Shown: one piece after another, positions 49,633-62,621 of the stretch
Position numbering within the stretch: the first letter of the stretch is position 1
Layout: each line of letters begins with the position of its first letter
Assembly: GCA_030770535.1 (NCBI GenBank)
Contig: JASVEC010000028.1
Coordinates: 124,001-188,000, forward strand
Length of the DNA stretch: 64,000 bases
Reading direction: 5' to 3'
Source: Batkoa obscura
Lineage: Eukaryota
The notes under the pieces: generated by a model
The model's database searches: none
Seen by the model: only the letters and a program-made list of their open reading frames with translations
Told to the model about the DNA's origin: nothing
Made by a program: the position numbers and the translations under genes

Positions 49633-50899
49633 TTAATAAATAAATTTAATTTTTTTAAAAACAAGTGGTAGAACTTTATTGATTTTTTTATTATCATTAA
49701 TCACTTTAATATATGACTTTAAAATAAAAATATTGTTATAAATTTATAAACCAAAAAAAGCACCTGCAGTTGAAAGTTTACGATTGTTAAAGAAGAAAGT
49801 ATTAACTAACCTAGGTTTAATCTTACATTATAATAGCTGAAAGAAATCATATCTCCTGTTGATATAAAAATTATTTAGTAAACCCATTTCCCAGCTTTTA
49901 ACACAAAACTTCTGTTTATTGAGATAAGTCGGAATGCGAATGTCAAATGTCATTATTGGCTTTGCGGGCTATTAGGCAAAAGTAGTTCATTTTTAAAGAC
50001 CCAAATCTAATAAAATTCACTGTTAATAATTAATTATACTGTATTTAATATATGTAATAAGGTATAAGTGTACTATGTATCAGAGAACATTAGGTGTACA
50101 AGTGTTTGTTAATAGAGCTATGCTTTGAGTAAACTCTACTTGCTTTTGATTTTTTCAATGTTATTTTGTCGATTTATTATAGCATTTAAAAATACTACTA
50201 ATTATTGTAATAAAAATTTGCTTTCAAATAGACTGATTAGAAAAATAACAATCGTATCAATTTATCATATGCATTTATTTTGAGTTAATCAAATTTATCA
50301 AATTATGTCAATTTACTATTATCTGTATTTCAAATTATATATCACAAAAAAACAAATCAAGATGCTTTAACACCACAGCAGCAAGTGAACATGGAGTCTA
50401 ATCGAGTCTTACAGTCTAGTTGAAAGCGTGCCATATGTTTAGTAATATCCGATTTTGGATGATGAGTCACCTATAAATTATTCAATGCTAAAATAGATTG
50501 ATCTGAACCTTTTCTAGTTTCTTGTTCTCCTATTTTTGAGTCTACCTTTAAGCATTGATACGTATGCGTTGTAACTAATTCAACAAGTAGAGAACTTTTC
50601 AATGGATGATATCTACATTCAAATAATTTCAAATATGTTAATGTTAGCCCTAATTTTTTTTCCAGTTTCAATATACTTAACACTAGTAGTTTTATCTTGA
50701 ACAGGAAGCATGTATGGCAATTGCTCATGATAATAATAGATCAAGTGATGATACAGCGTTTATTTAAAGTAATGTTGTTCATTTAAGTATGCTATTTTCC
50801 TTTCAATTCAGTTTCCTTGCTTCTTCATAAGCGATGTCTCCTCACTTGTCATTTTTGAAGCTCCAATGACTTACTCATATCAAGCTTTGATACTACGCC

Positions 50900-51987
50900 A
50901 CAGCTTTTAAAACACACATCGGATTCTTTGCTACATTTTTCATTTAATACATTTTCTTTATTACAATTTGAACAATAAGCCAATTCTAAAGGATCGATAT
51001 CCTATAGTTCGATTATAAAGTTAGCAATTTTGATAAAATATAAGAACTGTTTATTGCCTTTCTTTTTGTATCTTCTAAATACAACTTACATTTATAATCA
51101 AAATAATAATCTAAAGGTCACCATTTTCTAATTGAAGATGGTTGTTCAGGTTCAAAATAAAAAATTATAATTTTTTCTCTGAGTTAAATATCAATTAATG
51201 CTTTTAAGACCAATTTTGATACCCATAAAAGTTACAGCAGCATTAGTATTGCAACCATGATTAATTAAAGAAGTTACAAAATGACAACCAATGTCCATAG
51301 CTTATCGTTTAGCATCATTAGTAATTAGGCTATTAAGCTTGATTCTTGACTAGAAAGTAAGGAGATCAGGAGGTTTTTCAAATATGTTTCTAACATCAAT
51401 TAACATTTGGCTATCATAGATTGATATGTCATATCGATTTTCATTTCATTCCTTTAACTCATGATGCTTTAATTCAAGAAACATCTTCTTTTTAGCCTCA
51501 TTAAGATTTAACAATTGATTGAATAACAAAATATTAGTATCTAATAACTCTTTAAGTCCTTTAAGTTTTTTATATCATTTGTTATATCTTCATTTTCAAT
51601 CATTAATTTGACACTTCTTATTATAATACCTCACTTTTTTACAACTGGCACACTGTCTAAGTTCCCTAATAATTGGAAGATCTTTATTTATCCGCTCTTT
51701 CACATGATATAGATCCATATTCAATTGAAAACAATTATTACGTTATCTAGTAGTCTTATATTTATGTAAAATACTCACTAATGCTTCTTCTTTAAATAAT
51801 AAACTATATTTAGTAACATCAAGTTTATTATGTAAATGGAATTTACGGAAGATTTGAATTTATCTTGTTTTATTAATTGATTGGCATGTAAACTATAACC
51901 TCTTGTTTTGTCATGCTTTAAAATCAATCTATCCTTTAGTTTTTCTTGCACTATGTTAGTGCTTTTTGTACTAAGTTGCTTTCTCAT
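50900..51987 (-). pseudogene. Decayed SET-and-MYND (SMYD-like) methyltransferase gene
   Basis: Fragments KTRGYSLHANQLIK (N-SET), RQCASCKK/VRYYNKKCQIND (MYND) and TSLINHGCNTNAAVT (SET NHxC motif), separated by stops and frameshifts. The 3' limit is uncertain. Confidence 0.68.
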
Positions 51988-53353
51988 TGTGGTTGGAAAT
52001 TTATAGTAAAAAAGTCTAAAAAAATTGGAGTGGGTTTCAGATATTTATTTTAAAAATCAACAAATTCATTGGCTGTATTTAAAACTTGCCATTTAATTTA
52101 CGTCACCTCTCAACTCAGATATAGTTGACAGATTTGTATATGAAAGTTACAAGGGCATTGAGGTCTTCAAACTCAGTGGCATACCAGCCGATAAGTTGAA
52201 ATAAGGTGAGTCAGGATAAATCCAATGGTTAACCAATGGAAATAGGCATCTTTAAAGGTTTCCTAAACAATTGTAAAGTAGAACCTATACTTTGAATCAA
52301 GTTGACTAAATTAACGTAGCTAAAGAGATTTAAAAGCATATCTTCAGGAACAAATAATATAACCAATATTAAAAAAGAGAGATCCAAAGGAAGATAATCA
52401 ATTGTTTATATACTTTATATGAGTGTAAAATGTATTAATTAACTACATTTTATATCTATCCTTAATATATACATTTCAAAGCTAGTTATAACTTTGATAT
52501 TCGTCTTTACGTTATTTCCTGAATTACATTCAATTTTTATTAGATCCTTTTTAATCATAGTATCAGACTTTGAAAAGTAGGCAATTCGATTAGCGGTCCT
52601 GGTAATAATAGCTGCTATAACTCCATTTGGAAACAATGTGACATAAAAGCATTAAAAAAATGTGTTCAATAAAACATTCATAATGTAAACTACAATCTAG
52701 AAATTAAATAAGTACTCTATTGATTCCAGTATCACAAACTCTTATTTATCCCAATAAAAGCGATTTCAAGTTTTCAGAGTTAAATTTGATGGTGCCAATA
52801 TTTTATAAATACAAACCTAGTCATCCCATCTTAGTAGTAAAGTAGAAGCCAAAATCTGAGCAGAACGAAAGACGAGATTCTTTTATATCATAAGTGGCTT
52901 TAATTATCTTTATTATTAAGTTTTTCATTAGTATCTTTATTTCTTACTGAAAAGAAGTATTAATTGTTACTGGTTGCAATAGTCAATTTATTTTACTTAA
53001 AAAACAAAACTTGATTTATTGGAACAAACTGTTTACTGCTATAATATTACACCTTTACCACTTTGGCTTTAATGTAAATAACTGAAATTTATGAAAAGAC
53101 AAAATAATAATAGTTTTTATCAAAACTGATCGAAAAAGATAACTTGATTATAACTTTGTCTAATTAAAATGGAAAATAATAATATAGATTAAGCTTTTAT
53201 TTCTTCAATTTGAATTATTTTTAATAGAAATATAGAATCCTAATAAGAGAATCAACTTAACTATTCTAGAAAATGTTGAAATTCCTATTTTAACTGATTA
53301 AAACTTACCAAAACTTTTAAACTTAGTTTTTACTTTCTCGAAATCAAAAAAAA

Positions 53354-54565
53354 ATGATCAAAACAAAAAATTTATTATCTGCACTAACTCTCAGGCAATT
53401 GAAGCCCATGGCTAAGTATACAATAAATTACAACCTTTTAACTAAGCCACTAAAATTCCAACAATCAATCAATCAGTCTAGTTTAAATTTTATAAGAAAT
53501 TATCGGTTAGGTAGGATTACACCAAGTTATCGAGTTGCCCCACAACAAGGACAAAGACAAGAAGAGTCTGAATATGATCCCAATACAGGTAATATGGGAG
53601 GAGCGTTATCATTTACATTTATAACATCCAGTTTAATATTTACCGTATCTGCATTAATCTATCAATATAATATAAAAAATAGTGCAATCAATAAAATGTC
53701 AAATAATTCCATTCAGATGATTCAAAATGGATTAGAAAATTTATTTAATTTAAATAAAAATAGTGAACCAATTAATCAACTAGAAGAAGATGGATGGACA
53801 TTTATAAAAACAGAGATATTGAATCGAATTGATTTCATTAAATCTGAGTTAACTTCGTTAACTAAACAAGATAAAATGATTTATTCTATAATAGCAGTTA
53901 ATACTTTAGTTTTTTTAGCATTTAGAATACCTAAATTTCAACCTTTTTTAAATGCTCATTTTTTACATTATCCAACTTCTAATAAATATTATACTTTATT
54001 AACCAGCGTATTTAGTCACAAAGATTTATGGCATTTAGTACTTAATATGTTTGCACTCAAATCCTTTGCCACTATTTCCTGTACATTACTTGGACCGGAA
54101 CAATTTTTAGCTTTTTATCTTACTAGTGGGATCTTCGCTTCTTTAGGAAGAAGAACGGCTATCTCTTTATTACCTAAATTTTATCAAGCATCCAGATTGA
54201 TCCCTAGTTTAGGTGCTTCGGGTGCCATTTTTTCATTAGTAGGTTATACTGCTTATCATTTTCCAGAAGCTAAAGCGAATATTATGTTTTTACCATTTTT
54301 ACAGTTTGATTTACAATGGATGTTAGCTGCTTTTATGTTATTGGATTTGACAGGGATTGTAAGAGGTTGGAGAGCATTTGATCATTTTGTAAGTTTTATT
54401 TAAGGTGATATTTTTAATGTTTTTATTTATAATATTGTTTTTTAGGCCCATCTTACGGGTGCTAGCGTTGGATTAATGTATGCTAAATATGGCAAAGACT
54501 ATATTTGGATTCCATTACATTATAAAATTATTGAATTTAAAAAAATATTAAAAAGAATCCAATAA
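53354..54565 (+). CDS. PCP1: Mitochondrial rhomboid protease (PARL/Pcp1 family)
   Basis: Basic presequence, FSH...HL..NM, catalytic Ser in SLGASGA. Intron 54389-54445 joins FDHF to AHLTGA (catalytic His). Confidence 0.92.
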
Positions 54566-54650
54566 TAATATAAATAGAAATAATGAAATAAATAATAAAA
54601 TAAAATAAAATAAAAATAGAATAATAACAAAAAAATAACAAAAATATATT

Positions 54651-57092
54651 TTATTTATTTTCAGTTAAAGTAATAAGTTGATCTCTATTATCTGAAGGAT
54701 TAAATAAAGCTAGAATAAGATGAATTAAATCTTCTTTACTAAAATAAATTAGTAAATCATTTAATTTTAATTTTATATCTTTTAAAGAACTAATCAATAT
54801 AAAATGAATTAAATAATCTAGTTTAATACTATTAAATTGTTGATCAAAATTTCTTTGTTTTAATATTAGATAATAAGGTTCAATTAAATCTTTAATTAAA
54901 TCACTTTCTTTAGCACCAATATCATCTAAAATTAATATTTGATTAATTAGATAATCATTAATAATTATGATTATTTTATTTAATAATAAATAATTAATCA
55001 TTTTACTATTTAATAATTGAAAATCTTGTATAAATTTATTAATAAACTGAATTATTAATTGAATTTTATTTTCAATTTTTTTAATTTGTTTATTGTCTTC
55101 TAATTTCTCAAATACAATTCCTTTATTATTATTATTATTTAACATATCTCTCATTTGTAACATGAATTCATCTACTTCTTTTATAATTAATTCATCTGCT
55201 TTTTTTAATATTATTTTAATAAAATCCATTAATTCAATATCAATTTTTTTATCTTCTCCTTTCTTATTATAAATAAATTGTAATCGCATTAATTCTTTAA
55301 TAAAATAAATCATTTCATTAAATAATAATATTTTTTCATTAAAATGTATTTTTTGACGTAATGGTAATAATATTATATATAAATTAATACTATCTCTTAT
55401 GGATTGAACAATAATTACAGAACTAAAAATAAAGTAATGATATAAACTAAAATAAATATATAAAAATAAAAATTATTTAATTACCTTTCACGATCTTCTA
55501 ATTCTTTTAAATAAGCTTCAAAATTAATAATAATTCGAATAATTGTATCTGGTACACTCAATTTATTTAGTGTCAATGGAAGCCCAAAATTAATTATTGA
55601 ATTGTTAATATTAATATTAATACTATTATCATTCTCTTTAATTTCTTCATTAATTTCTAATACATTGAATTTTTCTTCTAATAAAATAGCTCGAATTAAT
55701 GAAATCAATTCCTTTTTTTTGTTAATTAAATAAATATCATTTAATTTATTAAAATAATTTGTTAGTGTTGTATTATTATTATTATTACTATTATTATCTA
55801 CATTAATATATTGTTGAATTTTATTATCAAATTCTTTTACTTGTTGATAATTTTTATTTTTATAATGTTCGATCCCGTTCTTTGATAATGGTAATTCTTT
55901 ATTAATTAATGTAATTATTAAGTCATAAATAAATTCGATTTTTAATTGTTGTTGAATTATACTAATTTTATTAATTTGATAAATCGTATTCATATATTTT
56001 AAAAATAACAATATGTTGTTTAACTTATTATTTAATTCCATTTGGTTTTTATCTTTAATAAATTGAATATGAATTTCATTGTCGTTCTCTTTATAATTAA
56101 TAATAATACTTTCCTTAATAATAGCTGTTATTTGTTTATTAATAAAATTAATTATTTTATTTATTTGTTCATTTTGATTTAATAATTTACTACATAATAA
56201 TAAATCTTCCATTCTACTTACTATTTTCTCTTCTTGATTAATTATTTTGTTGTTTTCGTTAATGAAACTCCTATTGATTATCATTTCTTTTTCGTTAATA
56301 CTAATCTCTTTATTGAATTCTTCATCAATATATCCAATTAACTGTGTTTTAATTAATAATAAATGTTCCTATTATTATTGTGTTATAGATTTCGTTATTA
56401 TATAATAAAATATTATTATTTTACCTTTAATTTTTGTATAATTAAACTACTATTTTCAACTTTATCATTATTGACTAACTCATTTAAATTTGTAAGGGTA
56501 TAAATTGAATTTAAATAGTCTTTATCGTTAATCTGAGCTAATAAGTTGACTTTAATTTGATTTACCTAACGAAAAACAGATTAACATTTAAAGTAATAAT
56601 AACAAAATCAACTTACTTCTTTAAAATATTGTAAACTATTGATGAATTTTGTTTGAATTTTATGATTATCTTGAACTTTATTATATTTCTCCATCAAGAC
56701 TTCAAACTGAGTATTTAAACTATCTTCTTTATTTACAATCTCTTCTTCAATTGCTTTTAATTTTTCAGGTAATTCAATACTTTTAGTTAATACTTTATCA
56801 CCAAACTCATTAACATCCTTCAATTTATTATATTTCTTTTTAATTGATTCATCTTTCTTTTCCTACATAGTAGAAAAAACATTAATCCTTCAACTCTTTT
56901 TTATACCCCAAACAATCAAAAAAAACTTACCTTAACTCCTTTTAATTCATTTTTTAAACCATTGATAATATTTTCAATCTGTTCTTTTTCAATTGATTTT
57001 ATACTGGGTATAACAGAATCTCCTTGTTCTCCATTTTGTATTTTATTTTTTATTATAGTTAATAACTGAGCTGATGTATTTAAAGGTGGCAT
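54651..57092 (-). CDS. ZW10/Dsl1-like kinetochore and tethering protein (multi-exon, very I/N/K-rich)
   Basis: N-terminal coiled coil. C-terminal ILILDDIGAKES and FSKEDLIHLILALFNPSDNR match the ZW10 C-terminus. Confidence 0.78.
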
Positions 57093-57551
57093 TTTGTAAG
57101 ATAAAAAAAATATATTTTTAGAAATTTTAAAAGTTTTAATGTCTATTTCGTAAAAATTACGTTTTGATTCTTGAAATTTTTGCTTTATTTTTGCTTTATT
57201 TTAAAAAATGGGAGGAGTTTAGTTACGGTTTATTAACTATTAGAAGGTCTAATTGAATTATATAATAAAAAGAGTTGATATAAGACCACTTTATTCAACC
57301 AATAAAACATAGTGCTTATTTTAAATAGATAGTCCAAAGTACTAGTATTAACACTTTGAGATAAAGGACAGTAATTTTAAATAATTCCAACTTTGCAATT
57401 TTTGCACCAAACTCAAATAAAGCTTTGTCAATTTTAAAAAAAACAGTTCTAATTTTTCAACTTTTATATTGTTTCTAGAGGTCCAATAACGAACCTTTTT
57501 GAAAAAAAGGAAGCATTGAAGGCCAACTATTCTTATCATAAACCCAACAAG

Positions 57552-57961
57552 ATGGATAAAAGCACCCAGCAGGATGTTGAAAAGCGAATCAAATTATATG
57601 AAAATCTTACCCGAGAACTAGCTCAACTACAAGACAGTGTATTCACAACCTCCAGTTTATTATATGAAGTGAAAGCAAATGCTGAACATACATTAAAATT
57701 AGCAGAAGTTTCAGCTTCATTGTAAGTTTTTTTATTGATGAATTTAAGTTTAGTTATACAAAATAATATGATTAATGATTGATGAATGGGTTTTTATGAT
57801 TAATTTTTATTAATTGATTGGCTTGTTTTTTTAGTTTTATGGCTAGTCAAAATTTTTTTCCAAAACCACAAGTAATGGAGGCAGATGATGAAGAAGTTTT
57901 GGAAGAAGTGGAAGAGATTGAAGAAAAAGTCTTGAAAAAGAAAAGGTATTCGAAGAATTAA
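57552..57961 (+). CDS. HSK3: DASH/Dam1 complex subunit Hsk3-like
   Basis: KRIKLYENLTRELAQLQDSV..TSSLL.......LKLAEVSASFFMAS after splicing intron 57722-57834, followed by an acidic tail. Confidence 0.68.
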
Positions 57962-58604
57962 AAAGAAACAAAAAGAATGTGATAGAAGTTATTTATTTTT
58001 TTAAAGCTAATAAATAGTATGATTAATATGTTATGGACTATTTTTATTTAGATGTCTTTGGAGATTTGAGGTTTTTTAGGATGAAAAAGAAAAAATTTTT
58101 AAAGAATCAAAAAGAAGAAGGAAGCTGACACAAAAAACGTTTATTTATTTTAAGCTAATAAATACTGTTATAATTGTAATTTATTAAGAATTCGAATTTA
58201 AATGCTTTTTGTTGAAGTGTTTTTGTTAGGGACTTAAGGTTTTTTAAAACGAAATATAATATGGTTTATTGTTTATAGATAGTTTTAATAACACTTTAAA
58301 TGGAAAATGTGAATTAACTTATAAAGTTAATATAAATATATTCTAATAAATGAAATAATATTATCGACTATTTTAATTTAATTGATTACGAATCTATTTA
58401 CTGAAATCATTCTTTAAACTCTAAAGCTTATAAAAATAAGAGGGCCATTTACTAAGCAAACCAGTTACACCTTTTATTTTTAGTAAAAATAAAAACTTCA
58501 AATTCCAAGCTTGCATAATATAAATTAAAATGACAAAATTTTCAACTTTTATTTTTTTATCTCTTATTTTTTAATAAAACAATACAAAAAAATCGAATTT
58601 AAAA

Positions 58605-61451
58605 ATGATCATACATCTACTAATCGTATTACCCATATTATGGACCACTTATCTATCCTTAAGTTTACTTTGTTTAAAATATAAAAGTTCATCCAGTCTA
58701 TTAAGAACAAGTGGCACCACAAGTAATTATACTGGTCTAAATGAGGAACCATATATTCAATGTCCAACAATTTATATCAACAAAATCAACAAAATCCAGA
58801 TATTGTTAAATACCATCCTACTATTATATACATTAACTCAATTTATTTATATTCAATTTGAAACTAAAGAAAAAGAAAATATTAAAGGAAAGTTGTTAAA
58901 TCAATTGGTAAGCAGTGTAATAAGTATTTATCATTTTTTAAATTTTCAATTGATTATTAATTATCATTATCAAAGTTTGAAATTAAAGTCGAATTTTATA
59001 ATTGTATTACGTTCACTACTAATCAGTAGTCTAATGCTGCTTGTCTCTTTACTTGTTCAATTCCATAAAATAACAATAGTCTATTCTATTATCTTCATTT
59101 CTCAATTACTATTAAGTTTTTTCACTATCTGTTATGAAATTTATCTTTATACCATTATTAAGTTATCTTGGGATGAAAGAGAAAGGGAAAATGAAGAGAA
59201 TACAAATTGTGAGTGTAATTTTTATTTAAAAAATAGACGTAAAAAAAACGCGATTGAAGAAGAACTAAGTACGAATCAATTTAAGGGTATTCAACATTTT
59301 AATCGTAAAGTAAGACAAATATTACCTTTTTTATGGCCCAAAGATTCAATAAAATTAAAAATATTAATTATGATTTCTATCATTTTAATGTTAGGTAAGC
59401 TTCTATTGATTAGATTTATAAAACAATATTTTTAACAGAACATTTTTTTAAATAAATAATAGCGGGTAGATTAGTGAATTTTTTAATGCCAAGACAATAT
59501 TCTTTAGTTATTAAAGCCTTATCTTCTGAAGATAAACCATTAACAGAAAATATACCATATATGGAAATTGGCATATTTGTTTTATTAAGATCATTACAAG
59601 GTAGTATTGGATTATTAAATAATATTCAAACCTTTGTCTGGATTCCTGTAAGTCAGGTAAGATATTATTTATATATATATATATAATATTTATATATTTA
59701 AAATATTTATTTAGTATACTACTCGTGAACTTTCTGTTAGTATGTTACAACATTTACATAATTTATCTATTAGATTTCATCTTAACCGTAAAACTGGAGA
59801 GATATTAAGGGTTCAAGGTAAAACAAAAAAATTCTACTAAATAAACAAATGATAATAAAATATAAATTTATTAGATCGTGGAGTAGCTAGTGTAGTATCT
59901 GTATTAAATGCAGTATTATTTAATATAATACCAACATTAATAGATATTGGAGTAGCAATAATAGTATTTGTAACAAAATTTGATATTTATATTGGAGGAG
60001 TAGTATTTTTAACTACTAGTTTATATATAATATTAACAGTTAAATTAACGGATTGGAGAACGAAATATAGAAGACGGTGCAATAAGTTAGATAATGAAAT
60101 GGAAGCAAGAGCAGTTGATTCTTTATTAAATTTTGAAACAATTAAATATTTTGGCAATGAAGAATTTGAAGTAAATCAATATGCTAAATCAATTGATAAG
60201 TATCAAAATGCTGATTTAGAAACTAAAGTAGTATCTTCCATATTAAATACATTACAAAATATAATAATACAAATTGGATTATTAGTTGGATGTCTAATTG
60301 GAGCATATCGTATAGTTAATAAACAAATTAATCTGAATGAATTTATTTGGATAATTGCTTACATTGATCAATTATATGGTCCATTGAATTGGTTTGGTGG
60401 TTATTATAGAACAATTCAAAAGAATTTTATTGATATGGAAAATATGTTAGATTTATTTAAAGTGCCAATTGAAATTAAAGATAATTTAAATATAAAGGAA
60501 TTTAATATAATAAAAGGAGAAATTGAATTTAAAAATGTATCATTTCATTATGATAATAGATTATCAATATTAAAAAATATATCATTTAAAGTACCTTCTG
60601 GTTCAACAGTTGCGTTAGTTGGTCCATCTGGTGGGGGTAAATCAACTATATTAAGATTATTATTTCGATTCTATGATATCAATTCAGGTCAAATATTAAT
60701 TGATAATAAAGATATAAGAGATATGAAACAAAAAGATTTAAGAAAGTCAATAGGAGTAGTACCACAAGATTCTGTATTATTTAATGAAGATTTATATTAT
60801 AATATATTATATGGAAAAATTAATTCAACAAAACAAGAAATTGAAATTGCAGCAAAAGCAGCTCAAATTCATGAAAGAATATTAAGTTTTCCAGATCAAT
60901 ATCATACTAAAGTAGGTGAACGTGGATTAAGATTATCAGGTGGTGAAAAACAAAGAATAGCAATAGCAAGAACATTTTTAAGAGATCCAAAAATTGTACT
61001 ATTAGATGAAGCTACTTCTGCATTAGATACAACGACTGAAAGACAAATTCAATCTTCATTGAAATCAATTACAAAAGGTAGAACTACTTTAATTATTGCT
61101 CATAGGTTAAGTACTATTATTGAAGCAGATATTATATTAGTTTTAAATCAAGGGGAAATTATTGAAAGAGGTTCACATAATGAATTGATGAATAATCCTA
61201 ATGGTATGTATTATGATATGTGGATGAAACAATTATATGATGAAACAATTAATAATAATAATAATAACATAAATAATAATAATATAAATAATAATAATAT
61301 AAATAATAATAATAATAAATTTAATAATAAATCACAAGTTAAAAATATAAAAAGAGAATGTGAATTTAATGAAGATTCTGATAATTATGACCCAAGTATT
61401 GATTCTAATCCATTATTACCTTTTTCCACTTCTTGTCCTGCCTATTTTTAA
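58605..61451 (+). CDS. Half-size ABC transporter, HMT1/ABCB6 type (multi-exon)
   Basis: Hydrophobic N-terminal extension, LPFLWP, FHLNRKTGE, VDSLLNFETIKYF, Walker A GPSGGGKST, signature LSGGEKQR, LLDEATSALD. Poly-Asn tail. Confidence 0.93.
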
Positions 61452-61623
61452 TTGTTTTATTAAGTAAAATGTTATTTATTTGATATAACTAACTTTAATT
61501 TCTATTGAATAAAAATCAGATTAATTTCATACTTAATTCTATCAGTTTTTATATATAATTAAATAAATAAAGCATAAGATAATATAATTTTTATAATATT
61601 TAATTTGAAGAATTTATAATTTT

Positions 61624-62427
61624 TTAACTTAATACAATATTATAAACACCATCTGCTTCCATCGATTGAGCTGTCCATAAAATAATACAACTAAATAATG
61701 AAATACATAAATTAATAAATGACTAAATTAGTTATTATCATCAACTTACCTGATTAAAATCCCAAAAGTTTCAAACAATAAACTAGTACCTACGTAACCT
61801 ACTGTAGTAGTTTTGGTGTAATATTTAATAGTTGAAATGGTCTATCATTTTTTTTAAAAATATTAAAATGGTTAGATTAAAATAATTAATAAAACTTACT
61901 GCAGCCCCAATTAAAGCCCCCACATTACAAGTAATACCAAAAAATAATAATAATCTTGCTTTCCAAGCTACACTTGAACTGGAATAAGAAAAGGACTCTC
62001 CTTTAATTAAGGCTGGATCAATGGAATTGACACTTTAATAAACAATAAGTATTAAAGATTATTATTTTTTTATAATTTGATGAGATTTAAAAAACTTACA
62101 TAATCATCCCAAACGTTGAAATAGCCCCAACGATATAATCTTCAACACCAGGAGGAGTTGGGTTATCTTTAGTTAAATGACTGGATATTATACCATCAAC
62201 AAAAACCCACCAGGAAAGAGCAAACTTTTTATTTAATGTGGTTAGTTAATCAATCAAATTTTCAACTTTTGTCAAAAAGTAATGAAATTGAAATAAAATT
62301 GAAATTCACTTACAATAAAACCAGAAGAATAAATTAAAAAACTTCGTTGATTGGTACCGAATAAATTCCAATTGATAGAAGGGAATATACATTTAAAGGG
62401 ACTCCGAGATGATTCAACGTAATCCAT
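61624..62427 (-). CDS. VPS68: Vps68/UPF0220 (TMEM50) membrane protein (multi-exon)
   Basis: IYSSGFI|FALSWWVFVDG, VNSIDP, AWKARLLLFFG. Confidence 0.85.
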
Positions 62428-62621
62428 ATTGTTTATTGTTTTGTTATTTAATAGAGATTAAAAAATACTTTTTTTTAAGGTGCAATATTTAGAATAAAAC
62501 TAAGCCACTTCTATAGTTTTGTCATGACTATGTTGACTGCAATAATTGCAGTTTTTTTTGCAAATAAGTAGGATTAGGGATAAAGTTTTATTTTTAAAAA
62601 AATAATGGTCTTATTAAAATA

